Below, piece by piece: positions 38,805-53,289 of a stretch of DNA of 64,000 nt. Source of the stretch: Octopus sinensis (lineage: Eukaryota). A program made the position numbers and the translations under genes. Each line of letters opens with the position of its first letter. Position 1 is the first letter of the stretch. The notes under the pieces were generated by a model. The model searched no databases, was not told the origin of the DNA, and saw only the letters and a list, made by a program, of their open reading frames with translations. The stretch covers positions 46,500,001-46,564,000 of the forward strand of contig NC_042999.1 in assembly GCF_006345805.1 (NCBI RefSeq), written 5' to 3'.

Positions 38805-39170
38805 CTGTGTGACTGTGTCTGTGTTTGTCCACCACCGCTTCACAATCGGCGCTGGTGTGTTTACCCTTCCTTAACTTAACGGTTCGGTAAAGGGATCCGA
38901 TAGAATAAGTATCTGGCTTAAAACGTACTGAGGTCAATTCATTCGACCAAAAGATTCTCCTAGGTTGTACCCCAGCATAGCTGCAGTCTAATGACTGGAA
39001 AAGACCCCCCCAAAATGTATTATGGTTGTGTGGTAGAAAGATTGCTTGCCAAGCGTATGGTTTCGGTTCAATCCCACTGCATGGCATCTTGGGCAAATAC
39101 TTTCTACTTAATGAGGGCCGACAAATCTTTGATTGGATTTGATTGACAGGAACTGAAAGAAGCCCATCGT
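38805..39170 (-). mobile_element. SINE family A, diverged, with tail and head segments rearranged
   Basis: 38805-39000 matches the tail in + orientation; 39020-39170 is the head in - orientation. Confidence 0.7.
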
Positions 39171-40592
39171 ATGTATATATATATATATAAATTTCGATGC
39201 ATGTAAACAAAGTTTGCTTCTTTTTAGAAGCGTTGATATGTTTTGAAATATACAGATATGAAAATAATTTATTCTCCAACAGAATAATGTTGAACAGCAT
39301 GCCCAAAAGAGAATATCCTTATATAGCTGACAAATTATTCTGTAATATAAGGATAATCTATCCTAAACATGCTATGCAGCACTGTTCTGCGTTTGAGTAA
39401 AATTAATTCCTTATCTCTGTGAATATCTCTGAGCCAGGCTAGACTTGAAAAAGGGTGCATAAATATAAAAATAATGAATGGAAGTAAATAAATAAATTAC
39501 AACAAATCTTCTTCAACATCTTCCTCAATACCGAGATTAAACATTTGAGTTAAGCTATTAATTTGAAAAATAGCAATAAACTTCCATGACATGACTTCTA
39601 ATGGCAGCTCCTGAGCATTAAATTCATTGCTAAATTTTCTTTGAAAATATTTGACTTAATTGATTGTTCATTGGGTAAATAAATTTGAACAATTTTCACG
39701 CTTACTCAATGCTAATATTATTCGTAATGAATCTCTCAAGGCCATACGTAATAAAACAGACAAAAATTACAAGGGAAATATTTGAAGATAATTAAGTTAT
39801 GCAAAAAAACCCGTCTATAGTGTATTGTCTACTCAGTGTCCATTTTAATTAAATAAGGAATTTTATAGATTTTTTCCTTGTTCAGACTGTTATTGTTATT
39901 TAGTACACGTCAGACTTCATGGAGTACACCTTCAATCAAACGTGCTTCGGCTACAACCATCCCGAATTTTATAATTTCCTATCGTATCTAGGACGAAATT
40001 TATTCGTTGCAAAGATGATATTTTAAAAGAAATAGGACTATTACTTTTAGCAGACTGCCCGAGTACAGGATACCTCATTGGCTGTTGCTTTCACCCTGCC
40101 TCGTATGATTACAATTCAGTTATTCCCTACCCTTCTTGATGCACTAAATATTGATCCTTTGTTTCAAAATTGTAACGCCACCCTTTAATTTTTTAGAGCT
40201 AAATATTCCGCATTAAAGTGAAATACATACCAACAATGGAAAAGTGTCTATGTGGTGGACTGACTTATCAGGTTTACCCGCCAAATTTGTCTTCAGTCTC
40301 ATAATTATCCTCTTAAAACATGATACAATCTACAATGCAGTTAGAAGTCTTGTTCACTTTCATAGGATGGGCATGGCTGGAATACATTTAATCATAGATA
40401 TAAACACAGAAATGACCTGGGTCCGGACAATAATAAAAAATACAACTCTTCAAGTAAATGTTCTAAATTTATTTGCTAAAATGGAATTTAGTTACAATTT
40501 TACACATTTATCAATAGAAAATCTAAAAATTATTTTTGTAGACATAGTTACAGAATTTCGAAATGTGATATAAAAATTTTCTCCCTTTCTTG

Positions 40593-40676
<84 letters not shown>

Positions 40677-41163
40677 TATATACATATTCGCGCACACACA
40701 TATGTGGAATATTTAGAAATAGATTTTAATATAATATGAAAAAAATTCAGTTTTAGCAAATAAAATATTGCATATCCTTACCTAAGGGTTAGAATAACAA
40801 AAGTCATAACCAACTTTTTTAGTTACATTTTATATAACTGATTTATGAAGCAGCAACTAAATTAAAAAAATTCCAACAACTAAATGCGTGGGAATATTTA
40901 GTTTCCTAAATTCACAAACTGAGATCGAATTATACCACCATCCTATATATATTTATTGTCTTTCTGTCCCATGAACCACTGATGTTTTTGATCACTTAAA
41001 ATAGAATATTCTTGCTTCACTTGCCGAACAAACCATGCTGTATGTCTCGAACGTCGTGAATAAATAAGCTAATACATGAACGCTGTTTAGGAAATGGGCC
41101 AATATGAAAATCTTAAACTTTTGTTCATTCTCCTTTTTATTGAAACCGTGTCTCTGAATTAAG

Positions 41164-41190
41164 CAAATGACCACCTATTTAAAGGATGAG
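41164..41190 (+). CDS. Candidate 27-nt micro-exon (QMTTYLKDE)
   Basis: Pyrimidine-rich acceptor region, GAG|GTATGT donor; only phase 0-0 is open. Confidence 0.3.
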
Positions 41191-41269
41191 GTATGTTGAA
41201 TGCATTCAAAATCAGTAACTATTTGATCGATCAAGAAGAATGAAAAGAAGAGCTGACAGCTTCAGGAAT

Positions 41270-42735
41270 TAAATTCAGAACTTAAACAACCGGAATAAAT
41301 ACCATGAGTCATTTTTCCGACGCTCCAGAAAAAAATACTGGTTTCAAATTTTGGCACAAGGCCCGCAACTAGTGCATATTACATGGACTCCGGTGCTCAA
41401 CCGTTACTTATTTTTATCGACGCTGCAAAGATGAAACACCAAAAATCTTATATTTTTCATTTCTTATACTAGTTCCATTTAATAACTGTTTATCATGTCT
41501 CTGCTTTTCGTAATTTAAAATATATTCTACGGAAGCAACTGTTGAGTTAAATGTCGGACAAACAACAGTGGAATTTGAACTAAGATGCATAAAGACAGGC
41601 GGAATACAGTTAAGTATTTTAGCCAGGCGCAGTAATGATTCTTATTTCTTTATTGCTCACAAGGGGCTAAACACAGAGGGTACAAACAAGGACAGACAAA
41701 AGGATTAAGTCGATAAGATCGACCAGTATGCAACTGGTACTTAATTTATCGACTCCGAAAGGATGAAAGGCAAAGTCGACCCCGGCGTAATTTGAACTCA
41801 GAACGCAAAGACAGTCGAAATACCGCTAAGCATTTCGCTCGACGTGCTAACAATTCTGCCACCTCGCCGCCTTAGAATCGAATAATATTGGTTTCAAATT
41901 TTGAGGCAAGGCCAGAATTTCGGGGGCAGGGGAGTAAGTCTATTTTATCGACTCCAGGGCTCAACTATTACTTATTTTTATCGACGCTGCAAGGATGAAA
42001 CACACAGTCAGCCTCGGCGGAATTTGAACTAGCAACATATGGGCGGACGGAATGCGGAGAATCATTTTGACCGGGTGCAGTAATGTTCCTAGCATCTCGC
42101 TGCCTTAGGAGCGAATAATAATCCTTTCTGCTATATGCACAAGGCCTGAAAGTTTGGGGGAAGGGGCAAGTCGATTAGATCGATTCCACTACTCAACTGG
42201 TACTTAACTTATCGACTCCGAAAGGATGAAAGACAAAGTCGACCTCGGCGGAATTTGAACTCAGAACGTAGCGGCAGACGAAATACCGCTAAGCATTTCT
42301 CCCGGCATGCTAGCTATTCCTATTTCTTTATTGCCCACAAGGGGCTAAACATAGAGGGGACAAACAAGGACAGATAAAGAGAATAAGTCAATTACATCGA
42401 CCCCAGCGCGTAACTGGTACTTAATTTATCACCACCGAAAGGATGAAAGGCGAAGTCGACCTCGGCGGAATTTGAACTCAGAGCGTAACGGCAGACGAAA
42501 TACCAATTTCTTTACTGCCCACAACTGGCTACATACAGAGGGGACAAACAAGGACAGACAAAGGGAATAAGTCGATTACATCGACCCCAGTGCGTAACTG
42601 GTACTTATTTAATCGACCCCGAAAAGATGAACGGGAAAGTCGACGTCGGAGGAATTTGAACACGGAACGTAACGGCAGACCAAATACGGCTACCCATTTC
42701 ACCCGGCGTGCTAACGTTTCTGCAAGCTCGCCGCA
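41270..42735 (-). mobile_element. Head-to-tail cluster of about 6 SINE family B copies
   Basis: Repeated ggtacttaatttatcgac..cgaaaggatgaaaggcaaagtcgacc.cggcggaatttgaactcagaacg units with two alternative tail types. Confidence 0.9.
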
Positions 42736-44162
42736 TTCCTTAGGATCGAATAGTAATAACATGAAGTTGTCTGCCACGATACATACGTTGGTAAATCATT
42801 GCCAGTTTCCTATTTAATAAACGAAAGCTATAAGACAAATGGTTATTTACGTTGGTTTCACATGCTGATAATGTAAGATTTTATCTCTTATAGACACAAA
42901 TACGCATACACTTATATATCAGCTCTATATATACGTACAAACACACACATATACTCATATATAATATAATTTAAATATACGTATAGATACGTTTATAGGC
43001 ATAGTTACATAAAAATACACACACATGTATATTTATGTATGCAGATATGTATATAAAAATATATTTATAAACACTCATTGCGATGAATATAAAAACGTAT
43101 CAGATCGCTTGCCAAAGAGCAAATTAGGTGTCAACCTTTGCAGTTTTAATGAATGGAAATTATATGTTCATTAATCGTTATTTACTATAGAGACGTCGAA
43201 TTTTGCTTTTCTTGGCAGATTACTCTGTAATTAGACGTAAATGATCAGATTCATACGATTTATTGTTTGTGATTTGTTTCATGCGCATTATGGCTGCGTC
43301 TTACCAAAATATGCTTCCCTACATTGTCATCATATACAAGGGTACACAAAGATAAGTGTGTGGCTTACTATTCACAAGAGTATACACACACACACACACG
43401 TTTGCATTAATGTTTGTTTCCTTGTGAAATTGTACACACAATAATATATATATATAAACATACATGTAATGAAACATAAAATGAAGGATCACTAAATACA
43501 TTTAAGTAGAGCATTGCAATAATATGTTTTAACAAATAAAATGCTGAGACACAATGTCAACCTTTCTTTGTGTAAAATTAAATTATACACACACACACGT
43601 AAACATTCACATGCAAAGACACATATTTACACGTAAACATTCACATGCAAACACATATTTACACACATATATGTGTATAACTAACGTTGGAGTCAGTTAA
43701 TGTCGAGTTCCTTATTTAATGGCTTAATAATTGACAACATTGCACAAAATAAAGTTTTAAATTACTTGTTGATTATATGCTACTTGTTCACGTATCAACT
43801 CATGTCTATATAGGCTATTAACATCTCACAGACATTATCATCTTTTCACCTATCCTAATACAGGTAGACACTGCATTCAGTAACTTCAACACACTGCATT
43901 TATAATTACTAAACTTCTCATAAATTACATTTATTCAGTATACCACATTCCATTTTTTCTTACTTATTACCTACATCATTGGATTTATAGGTCTATAGAT
44001 TTATAGGTCTCTCTCTCCAGCCTCATCCTTTGTGATATATAAACACAATGTAAAATTACATTGATGGATCTCTTAGCACGTTTTAGTAGAGTACATATTC
44101 ATTAACAATGATAAGGAAAATGTTGAAAGGAATTTCGAAATTCCAGCTCGTCTCTTTCATCA

Positions 44163-44208
44163 GACAGTCCAATGAAGACAAGCGTGTCGAAACTTCGAAG
44201 TCACTGTT
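44163..44208 (+). ncRNA. Degenerate Penelope-type hammerhead motif
   Basis: GACAGT-CCAATGA-A-GACA/agcg/TGTC-GAA-ACTTCGAAGT-C-ACTGTT; all stems intact, core has 2 mismatches to CTGATGA. Confidence 0.55.
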
Positions 44209-44285
44209 AAGTTTATTACTCATATAAGTCAAATGACTGAAACATGTAAAACAATAAAACAATAAATCTATACATACACACATGC

Positions 44286-44340
<55 letters not shown>

Positions 44341-44403
44341 TTATATATATGCATGTATATATATATATGTATATATATATATATTTATATATATATTATA
44401 TTA

Positions 44404-44442
<39 letters not shown>

Positions 44443-44549
44443 TCTATATAATATATTTATATATATGCATGTATCATATATATATATATATTCATGCGCA
44501 TTATGGCTGCGTCTTACCAAAATGTTTGTATACACACACACACACACAC

Positions 44550-44586
<37 letters not shown>

Positions 44587-44690
44587 GGATATGGGATAAA
44601 CTTTTTTTCCGAAAAAATTTCGTCAAAACTGGCAGCACATTAAAATACCTTTAAAGTTTAAACTTTTATAAACAACTTATAACTTAGAAG

Positions 44691-44772
<82 letters not shown>

Positions 44773-44774
44773 CT

Positions 44775-45125
44775 CGGAGGACTTACGATCAGAACAAGAA
44801 GCAGAGGAGGTCGCTCAAACGGACCTTGTCTCAAGCTAACATCCAGCTATCCCCATGGGAACAGATTGCCATGGATAGGACAGCTTGGAGGACTGCAATT
44901 TCCAATGGAGCCAGCTCCTTCGAGCAGAACAGACAACAGAATGAGGAGGCAAAATGCAGGAGAAGAAAGGAGCGTCTTCAACATCCTCGACCTGCACCGA
45001 ACATCCGGTGCGAGTTCTGCCCACGACTCTTTCACCATCGACTTCGACTCCAAAGTCACCTTTGGCACAAACATCAGCCGAGGAGAGTGGATGGAAACTG
45101 ATGAACCCAATGCTCGAATACGAGC
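44775..45125 (+). mobile_element. RTE-clade LINE 3' end
   Basis: WEQIAMDRTAWRTAISNGASSFE...RRKER...CEFCPRLF...LQSH, the typical RTE C-terminus. Confidence 0.8.
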
Positions 45126-45134
45126 TGGAGCTGC

Positions 45135-45182
<48 letters not shown>

Positions 45183-46009
45183 TCATATTATATACATACT
45201 CATAATTTATACTCATACTATATATATGAGAGGAAGGGAGGAAAGAGAGTGTAATATTTTTATATTAAAGAAGTGTAACCCCACAGCAGTGCAATTATTC
45301 GATATGTTGCCATATCTTGTCAGTAACTGTATATCAAAAATCTGTTGCGGCCGAACTCAGCTGAAAACATAAAACAGTAACGCAGTAATATGACAGGGAG
45401 AAAACTTCTAAAAGAAATAAATAAGAAAAGGAAATTCCTTTCACTTAAGACATCTATCAGACTTATAATGCATAAATTTAAAATGGATGAGCTATTTAAT
45501 TGAATACTTGGTAACATTCCGGAGTCGAACGGAAACTGTGAATATATTAATATGACAAAAATATTATGACTGTTGACATACAGAAAAAAGTAACACTGAG
45601 AAATTCAATAGACGAGGCAGAGAAAATGATTCCACAAATAAAAATTATATAAAAAAGTTATACTTACTAATATATGAAAGCAAAAGTCGGTTAATTTGTT
45701 ATAAGGCCAGGACAAGAAATATTTATTGGAGGCAAAAATATTATACATATAAAAAGCAACCGAAATTTGACTTTGAAGAAAGCTTGCTAATTCCGTCCGC
45801 TTATAGGAATCGGTGAAACAAGCAAAGAATTAGCAGGAAAGATTTTTCAAAGTATATAAGACTCTATTCTTTCTATCAAGTTGAATAAATCTTGATACAA
45901 TATTAAAAAGAAAAACATTAATAAAGATGAAAATATTGATAACAAGGATGAATTGATTCTATTTGCATAAGTCATATATAAATTGAAATTTAGCGTTATA
46001 TATACGCAT

Positions 46010-46339
46010 TATATATATATATGTATGTGTGTGTGTATGTGTGTGTGTATGTATGTGTATAAATGTATGTATATATATGTATATATATAAATATATGTAT
46101 ATATATATATACACACACATACATGTATATATATATATATATATGTATACATGTATCTATATCTAGATCTATCTACCAATATACATACATGTATATGTAT
46201 GCATGCATATATATTTATACATATATATATATATAGATACATATAATATTTATATTTATATATATAAATAATATATATACATATATATATATATATTCGT
46301 AATAACATAGTATACATGTTGTTATGAATACGGATGTAT

Positions 46340-46371
<32 letters not shown>

Positions 46372-46606
46372 CATACAAATACAGTATACAAATATGTGTG
46401 TGTGTGCGTGTGTGTATGCAAAAACAGAAACACAGACATATATGTATTTGCACACTTAGATAATAACTCACAAAATGAGACCGATGCGAAAGTGTCTAAG
46501 CCATAGTTTATTAGTTCCATAAGTGACAGGGTTTATACAATGGCCTCCCCTAATTACCAGCTGTACTGTCTTGAAATGTAAAAGAAAGTAGAAATTACAT
46601 GCTTTG

Positions 46607-46662
<56 letters not shown>

Positions 46663-47398
46663 CTATCGATATGTTTATGAAAACATCTGAATGGCATTCT
46701 TGTGTTCATTGCGGCAAATTTCATCTGTTTTGGTTCATATATTTAGCTGCTTTTGTTTGTGTCGCACGCACACACACAGACAAATGCACACATATGCACA
46801 CACATACATATGCACACACTTATGCAGATATGTTGGTGTACTGTATATATTTGTGTGTGTGTGTGTGTGCGTAATGTTAAGTCAAAGACGAAGCAGAAAG
46901 AACAGCATAGAAAGATTGGTGCGACGAATTATGTATTTTGTCTATACATAATAACCCACACACGCACACACACACACATATATATATACATTTATCTGCG
47001 TGTATATATGTATATATATCTTCATACATATATACATACGTACACACACACACATATATATGTATATATATGAAAATATATATATATGTACCTATATATT
47101 TCAATACAAATATGCATATATATATCTACACACATATATTTATCTATATATATATATATATATATATATTAATATATTATATATATATATACATATATAT
47201 TAATATATTATATATATATATCAATGTATAAATATGTATACATATATATATTTATATTTAGATAAACATATGTGTGTAGATATATATATATATATATATT
47301 AATATATGATATATATATTAATGTATAAATATGTATATATATATACATATATATATATACACATTTATTGATATACATATGCATTGATATATATATAT

Positions 47399-47445
<47 letters not shown>

Positions 47446-47480
47446 TTATATGCGTTGATATACGCACACACCCACACACA
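46010..47480. repeat. Long degenerate TA/CA-rich microsatellite field
   Basis: Direct reading. Confidence 0.9.
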
Positions 47481-49052
47481 CACGTATAAACCGCATAACC
47501 ATACATATCATTATGTGTAACCACTCAAAACACATCCATATATTTGACATCAAATATTAGATTTTTTTTCCTGTTTCCTTCGCGGAAGCAACGTATATAT
47601 TTGTAAACTAGACAGAAAATATTCCATTATCATCAAATTTATTGAATGTTGTCATGATTACAATGAGTGACCAAAGCAATATTAAAAGAACCATTGCGAC
47701 CAATGATTTATTCAGTTTTTCTTTTATGGTCGGGTCAGATCTTCTTTCTATGAGCTTCAAGCCCGACATTATCTCGTCTGTAAATGGTCATTGGTAAGGA
47801 TAATGTAGAGCGGACGGTCAGAACAGTCGACATTGTACTAGTTGAGGTATCGTGGTAAATAAGCGATTACGCAAATCAATATTAACCCAATATCTGAGAG
47901 TCTCGCAATACACCTATGAACCCTGCTTCTTATGCCCACCATTGCACATTGTATTCAACGTAGTGCAGTGACTGATTTCATTATCATCAAACAAAATTAA
48001 CGTATATGAAGATTATGAGTTATTCTTCTCGCATCGTAGTTACTCTTCATCGTTTTCACAGATACACCGTTACAATTATGTGTGGGAAGTTTTAAAATTT
48101 ATATAATTGCAACTTTATTTGAAACTTATGAATAGCTAATTTGTTGGTCTGTGGAGAATTCCTCAAAGACAAATATGAAAAGTAGTCATTAATGTTGAAT
48201 GTGAGTGACCTGAATGATTAATTACAATAACTATTTGCTAAATGGCCCTTTATTGCTTTTGGCTGTTGATTACATTAGGCTATCATCAAAAGACAATATT
48301 GATTGATTTTTGCTGTGTAGTTAAGTAAAACTTTCAACAATTAATTATGAAAAATAGCTAATGTTATCTACTATGGTTGTTGACACTTTTGGTAGTCTGG
48401 AAGGAAGAGATATTCTACATGAATTCGTAATGTAAAATGTCGGAGTCACGTTGTAAGGGGCAATTATACCGGAAGAATGGACGAGGAAAATTTATGCGAG
48501 TCAGAATTCTGCCCTTTGGTATACATGTTTGTGAATAAGTAATTAAGTTCATAACTCAAATTAGGTGAAGAGAACAGGTTGGAAATTCCACAGTTATAAG
48601 GACACCATACTGTTGCGCAAACACATAAACGTACATACATGCATGCACACAAACACATGCACACACATATACTTACACGCAACCATGCGCTCAAGCGTGT
48701 ACGTACAATCACTGACACGCATAAACCTGTTGGCAAAAGTGACACTTTAGTGTCTGGTTCACGAACTTTCGTACACAGAAAGCACTTAGTTAACATAAAC
48801 TCTTCTGGTTCTATTGCTTGGTTGCCAAAGGCCTTACACATTAGAATTAACGCAATCTCTACCACCGTTTTGGATGTTATCTCATAATTCATGAAAACTT
48901 CATCATACAATTACTTGAACCTTTCATTATATACATTATTCGTTATGATTCAACAAGATTGTGGTAGCAAGGGTGTTTAAACAGCAACTATTGGCTGTTG
49001 AAATACACGTGAGTTACAGAAGACGATAACACGCAATATAATTCTAAATATA

Positions 49053-49219
49053 GGTGCAGGAGTGGCTGTGTGATAAGTAACTTGCTTACCAGCCACATGG
49101 TTTCGGGTTCATTCCTGCTGTGTGGCACTTTGGGCAAATGTCTTCTACTATAGCCTCGGGCCAAACAAAGCCTTGTGAGTGGATTTGGTAGAAAAAACTG
49201 AAAGAAGACCGTCGTATAT

Positions 49220-49251
<32 letters not shown>

Positions 49252-49525
49252 GTGTGTGTGTGCGTGCGCGCGTGTGTGTATGAATGTGTGTGTGTGAGTG
49301 TGTGTGTTTCTGTGTCTGTGTTTGTCCCCCGAAAATCACTTGACAACCGATGCTGGTGTGTTTACGTCCCCGTAACTTAGCGGTTCGGCAAAAGAGACCG
49401 ATAGAATAAGTAATAGGCTTCCAAAGAATAAGTCCTGGGGTCGGTTTGCTCGACTTAAGGCGGTGCTCCAGCATGGCCGTAGTCAAATGACTGAAACAAG
49501 TAAAAGAATAAAAGAGTAAAGAGTA
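49053..49525 (+). mobile_element. SINE family A, full length
   Basis: Matches the family A consensus. Confidence 0.9.
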
Positions 49526-50109
49526 AAGTGTATACAAAAAGGAAAAGAGAAACAATAGTCACTGAGTTTAGAGGTCTACTCATTTAGGGCCTAAAAATAG
49601 TAACATGTTGCTGTAGTAGGGTGGAAAATAGCGATCACTGTTTTGGAAAATGGGGCAACAGTCGAAGAAATAATGTTGCCGAGGATAAACATTGAAAATG
49701 GATATACACCTTTATTGAACTAAGTATAAGAATTTCTTCTCGGAGAAGCAGGTGTTTAAATAATTTAAGTGATGTTCGTATTCTATCTGTGGAATGACAT
49801 TAGAGTTAGAAGTGGAGAGAAATTTAGTCGGCCTGTTACAGATGGAGACGATAGGATGATTGAGATTATTCGGGTGGTTCCTTTTAAAACGAATGTTCCC
49901 GTTTTGTTTTTGTTGCTATTACTCACGTAAAATGTCTTTTTGTTGTGATGAATATAAAGCTTTCCAGTCAACGGAAAGCTTTATACTATAAACCCTCTAA
50001 CATTCAATCAATTATTGTTTATTTGTATTCTTGCTCATCACCACAAATTCAACATTTTTTAATCCAAATTCTTACAACTTCGAATGGTATAAGCGGTATA
50101 ATGTAAGTG

Positions 50110-50345
50110 AAGGCGGCGAGCTAACAGAAACGTTAGCACGCCGGATGAAATGCTTAGCGATATTTCGTCTGTCGTTACGTTGTGAGTTCAAATTCCGCCG
50201 AGGTTGCCTTTGCCTTTCATCCTTTCGGGGTCGATAAATTAAGTACCAGTTCCGCACTGGGGTCGATGTAATCGACTTAATACCTATATCTGTCCTTGTT
50301 TGTTTCCTCTATGTTTAACCCCTTGTGGGTAATAAAGAAATAAGT
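50110..50345 (+). mobile_element. SINE family B, full-length monomer
   Basis: ggcggcgagctaacagaaacgttagc...gagttcaaattcc...ccccttgtgggtaataaagaaata. Confidence 0.9.
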
Positions 50346-52246
50346 ATAATGTAAAATCTCGGACCTGCTGTATATAACTGGCGTAAAGTAAGGTTTTGTA
50401 GATGAAGTTACTCTATATCGATCGCAGATAATCTTTCAACCTATTCCGTGCAGCCAGAGGATCTACTGAGTCTAGCAACATTAAATATTACTTGGTGACA
50501 TAATTATCCCGTCTGTTATTTTCTTCTAATCAGCCCTTCCGAGTACAGTTTTTCACAGTTCTGATTTCTACAAGAAGTATAAGAAAATTACTTCATGCTT
50601 TTCTTTCTGTCCTGTGTGCAGTTTCTCCAATTCCACAGCATCCTTTCTTGGACTTCTATGGCTAACTGTGTTTTTCAATGTGTGGTACTATTAACTTTTA
50701 CACCATTTCACATTCATAAACAAGCTGGAAATAAGAGACTTTTTAGGTACACGGATCTGGACATGAACTCTGCACACTACAGAATCGTACAACATTATTA
50801 CACAGCAAATTTTGTTGGGCAACAGAAGATATATTGTAGTACAAGATTGCAGACACCATAATACATTCATAAAAAAAACCTCTTCTGAAACGCAAACAGA
50901 ATAAATATATGATGACAAACTACGAGAGCAGATAGCATTTCAAGCACGGAAATATCAGTTCTAAATGTATAATATTTGAAGTCAACCAGAGGAAACAATG
51001 AAAATAACGAATTAGCCAATGAAAAAGTAATGGCAATTTGGAGATGCCGGACTGAGAGAATATGATTAATTATTCGCAAAATTTACCGATACCACTGATA
51101 CCACACAAAACACAAGTTAATACATATATGAACACAATAGCAAAATTCGTGAAACCGGATTTATTAATGAAATAAACCAATATGGACGGGGAAGAGTAAC
51201 AGCATAACTATAATCAATAAGACAGCAGTGGGCTAAATGGTATAAAAAGACATTCTAGATAACCTAATATATTATTAAAATCGGCCAACAGAGACAAACA
51301 CCCAAAGTATTAGGCAACGAAACGTAACAGGTAAATGAAAAAAAGAAGCAAAAAGAAACAAAAGATACACCAATGTAAAAATATTTAGAGTGGTGTACAT
51401 TGACAGAAATAGAACGAACTTGCTTTTATATGAAGTCTATTTTAAATACTGAAGCTGAGTGGCGTGAAACTTGAGTTGTAAGGGAAAGAATGTGGCTAAA
51501 ATAAACAATATATAATCTATAGTATATTATGAATAGTCTCTTTCGGTTGTAGTTAGAAAGTGAGATATTTGCACATGTATGTATGTATGCATGCATATTC
51601 TTCTGTTTGTGTTTTTAATTTAAAGTAAATTTTGACCGGCCATCTACTTGATATCTACATTGTGAAGGAAAGCACCTTGGTGTATAAAAATGGGAATAAG
51701 AATAGAATGTGAATATCGAAGCAAAATATAAATTTCTATACAAACAACATGACATGCCCTAAAAATAACCCCCCAACTTCCAGAAAGAGACAGGGCATAC
51801 ACTAAATAACAATAAAAAAAGTAAAGAAACTGACCAGCTTAAATATACTACCAACTTACCCCTAATAAATACCGTTAGAAAAAGCTGACATACCAAATTA
51901 CTAAGGTTTCGAACAGAGGCCTACACTTTGAACCTTTGCCCCTTACATTGTGAAAGTAGAGGATCAATTCCAATAAAAACAAACGACTAAAACTAATGAC
52001 GCATTCCATACCTGCCAACAAAGCGAACACACCTAAGTATTCATACCAGCTTAAACAGTTCTACGTACATAAATAAATTCTTAACAATAATATAACCCCA
52101 AGTTTAATCAATAAATATTTCTCCAAAAATTCTCTCCATCGTAACCCATCCTAAAATCAAATTACCATTCCGCTCAAACCCACATACAGAAGGAAAATTT
52201 CAAATCAACAGAGATTATGCAAAGCCAAAATTAATTTCAATGCATC

Positions 52247-52291
52247 ACAGTTCGACGAAGGCTTAATTGGCCAAAACTTCGAAGTCACTGT
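52247..52291 (+). ncRNA. Degenerate Penelope-type hammerhead motif, same family as 44163
   Basis: ACAGT-TCGACGA-A-GGCT/taatt/GGCC-AAA-ACTTCGAAGT-C-ACTGT. Confidence 0.45.
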
Positions 52292-52536
52292 CAGTAATAT
52301 TCTTGTTTAAGGATAATAAATTTGTATGCTACAAAAGCATAGAGTAACCCTTCAGATAAATGTAAAATTGTTTTTATTTTAACTGAAAATAAAAAGAAAC
52401 ATGCAAATATATCATACATACATTTTGATATCCTTGCGCACAGATTAAGGACAGGCCGATAGACAGATTCCTGCACGCAATCACACACACTCACACACTT
52501 GTGTGCGTATGTATGTTGTATGTATGTATGTATGTA

Positions 52537-52575
<39 letters not shown>

Positions 52576-53289
52576 GTGTGTGTGTAGCGGAGGCAAAAAA
52601 AGATCATATGTAAACATTAACTTTGAAATTCAATCAGTGCATGGATATTTCAGTGTTGGACTGATCCCCAGAAAACAATGTACAGATACTATGCAGACTA
52701 GGAAACGAAAATCTGTACGAGAACATTAATAAATGTAATTACGATGTATAATAACTCTATTGCAAAAAAAAAAATAAATAAATAAAATGAAAATTCTCAA
52801 TGAGGAACTATGTGTCAGAGAGAAAACCGAGAAAAAGGAAAGGGAAGCTTAGATTAAATGGCACTCTATATTTGGTAAACATGGAGAATAATAAAGAGGA
52901 AAAACTATTTCTATCCTGTAACAGCATATAAGCTTAACGAAGCATGACATTGCACGCTTTTTTAACCAACACTACTATATATGCATGTTTGTGAGTATAT
53001 ATATATATATATATATATCTACATGTTTGTGCGTTTATATGTATATATGTGTACATGTTTATATAAATATATATTTTATATATAGATGTACCATAGCGTT
53101 TGTATTGTGTAACATAGGCTACTTTAGTTTACAAGTTGTAATTTTTGTATAGATGCAAATAAAACCTGCATATCAGCAGGGGGAAGATCATTGCTGAACA
53201 GCTGTGCGATCGGAGATCTAATTCCAGTGGATGGTTCATTGTTTCTTACCTTCTGCTATAGAGTTGGACCGTCTTGGCGATTCTGAATT

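Noticed and set aside
40244-40573. 109-aa ORF in unique DNA
   Set aside because: No recognisable domain or convincing splice sites; composition matches AT-rich background
48464-48910. 148-aa minus-strand ORF
   Set aside because: About half is microsatellite-derived; the rest has no recognisable homology and only weak splice sites
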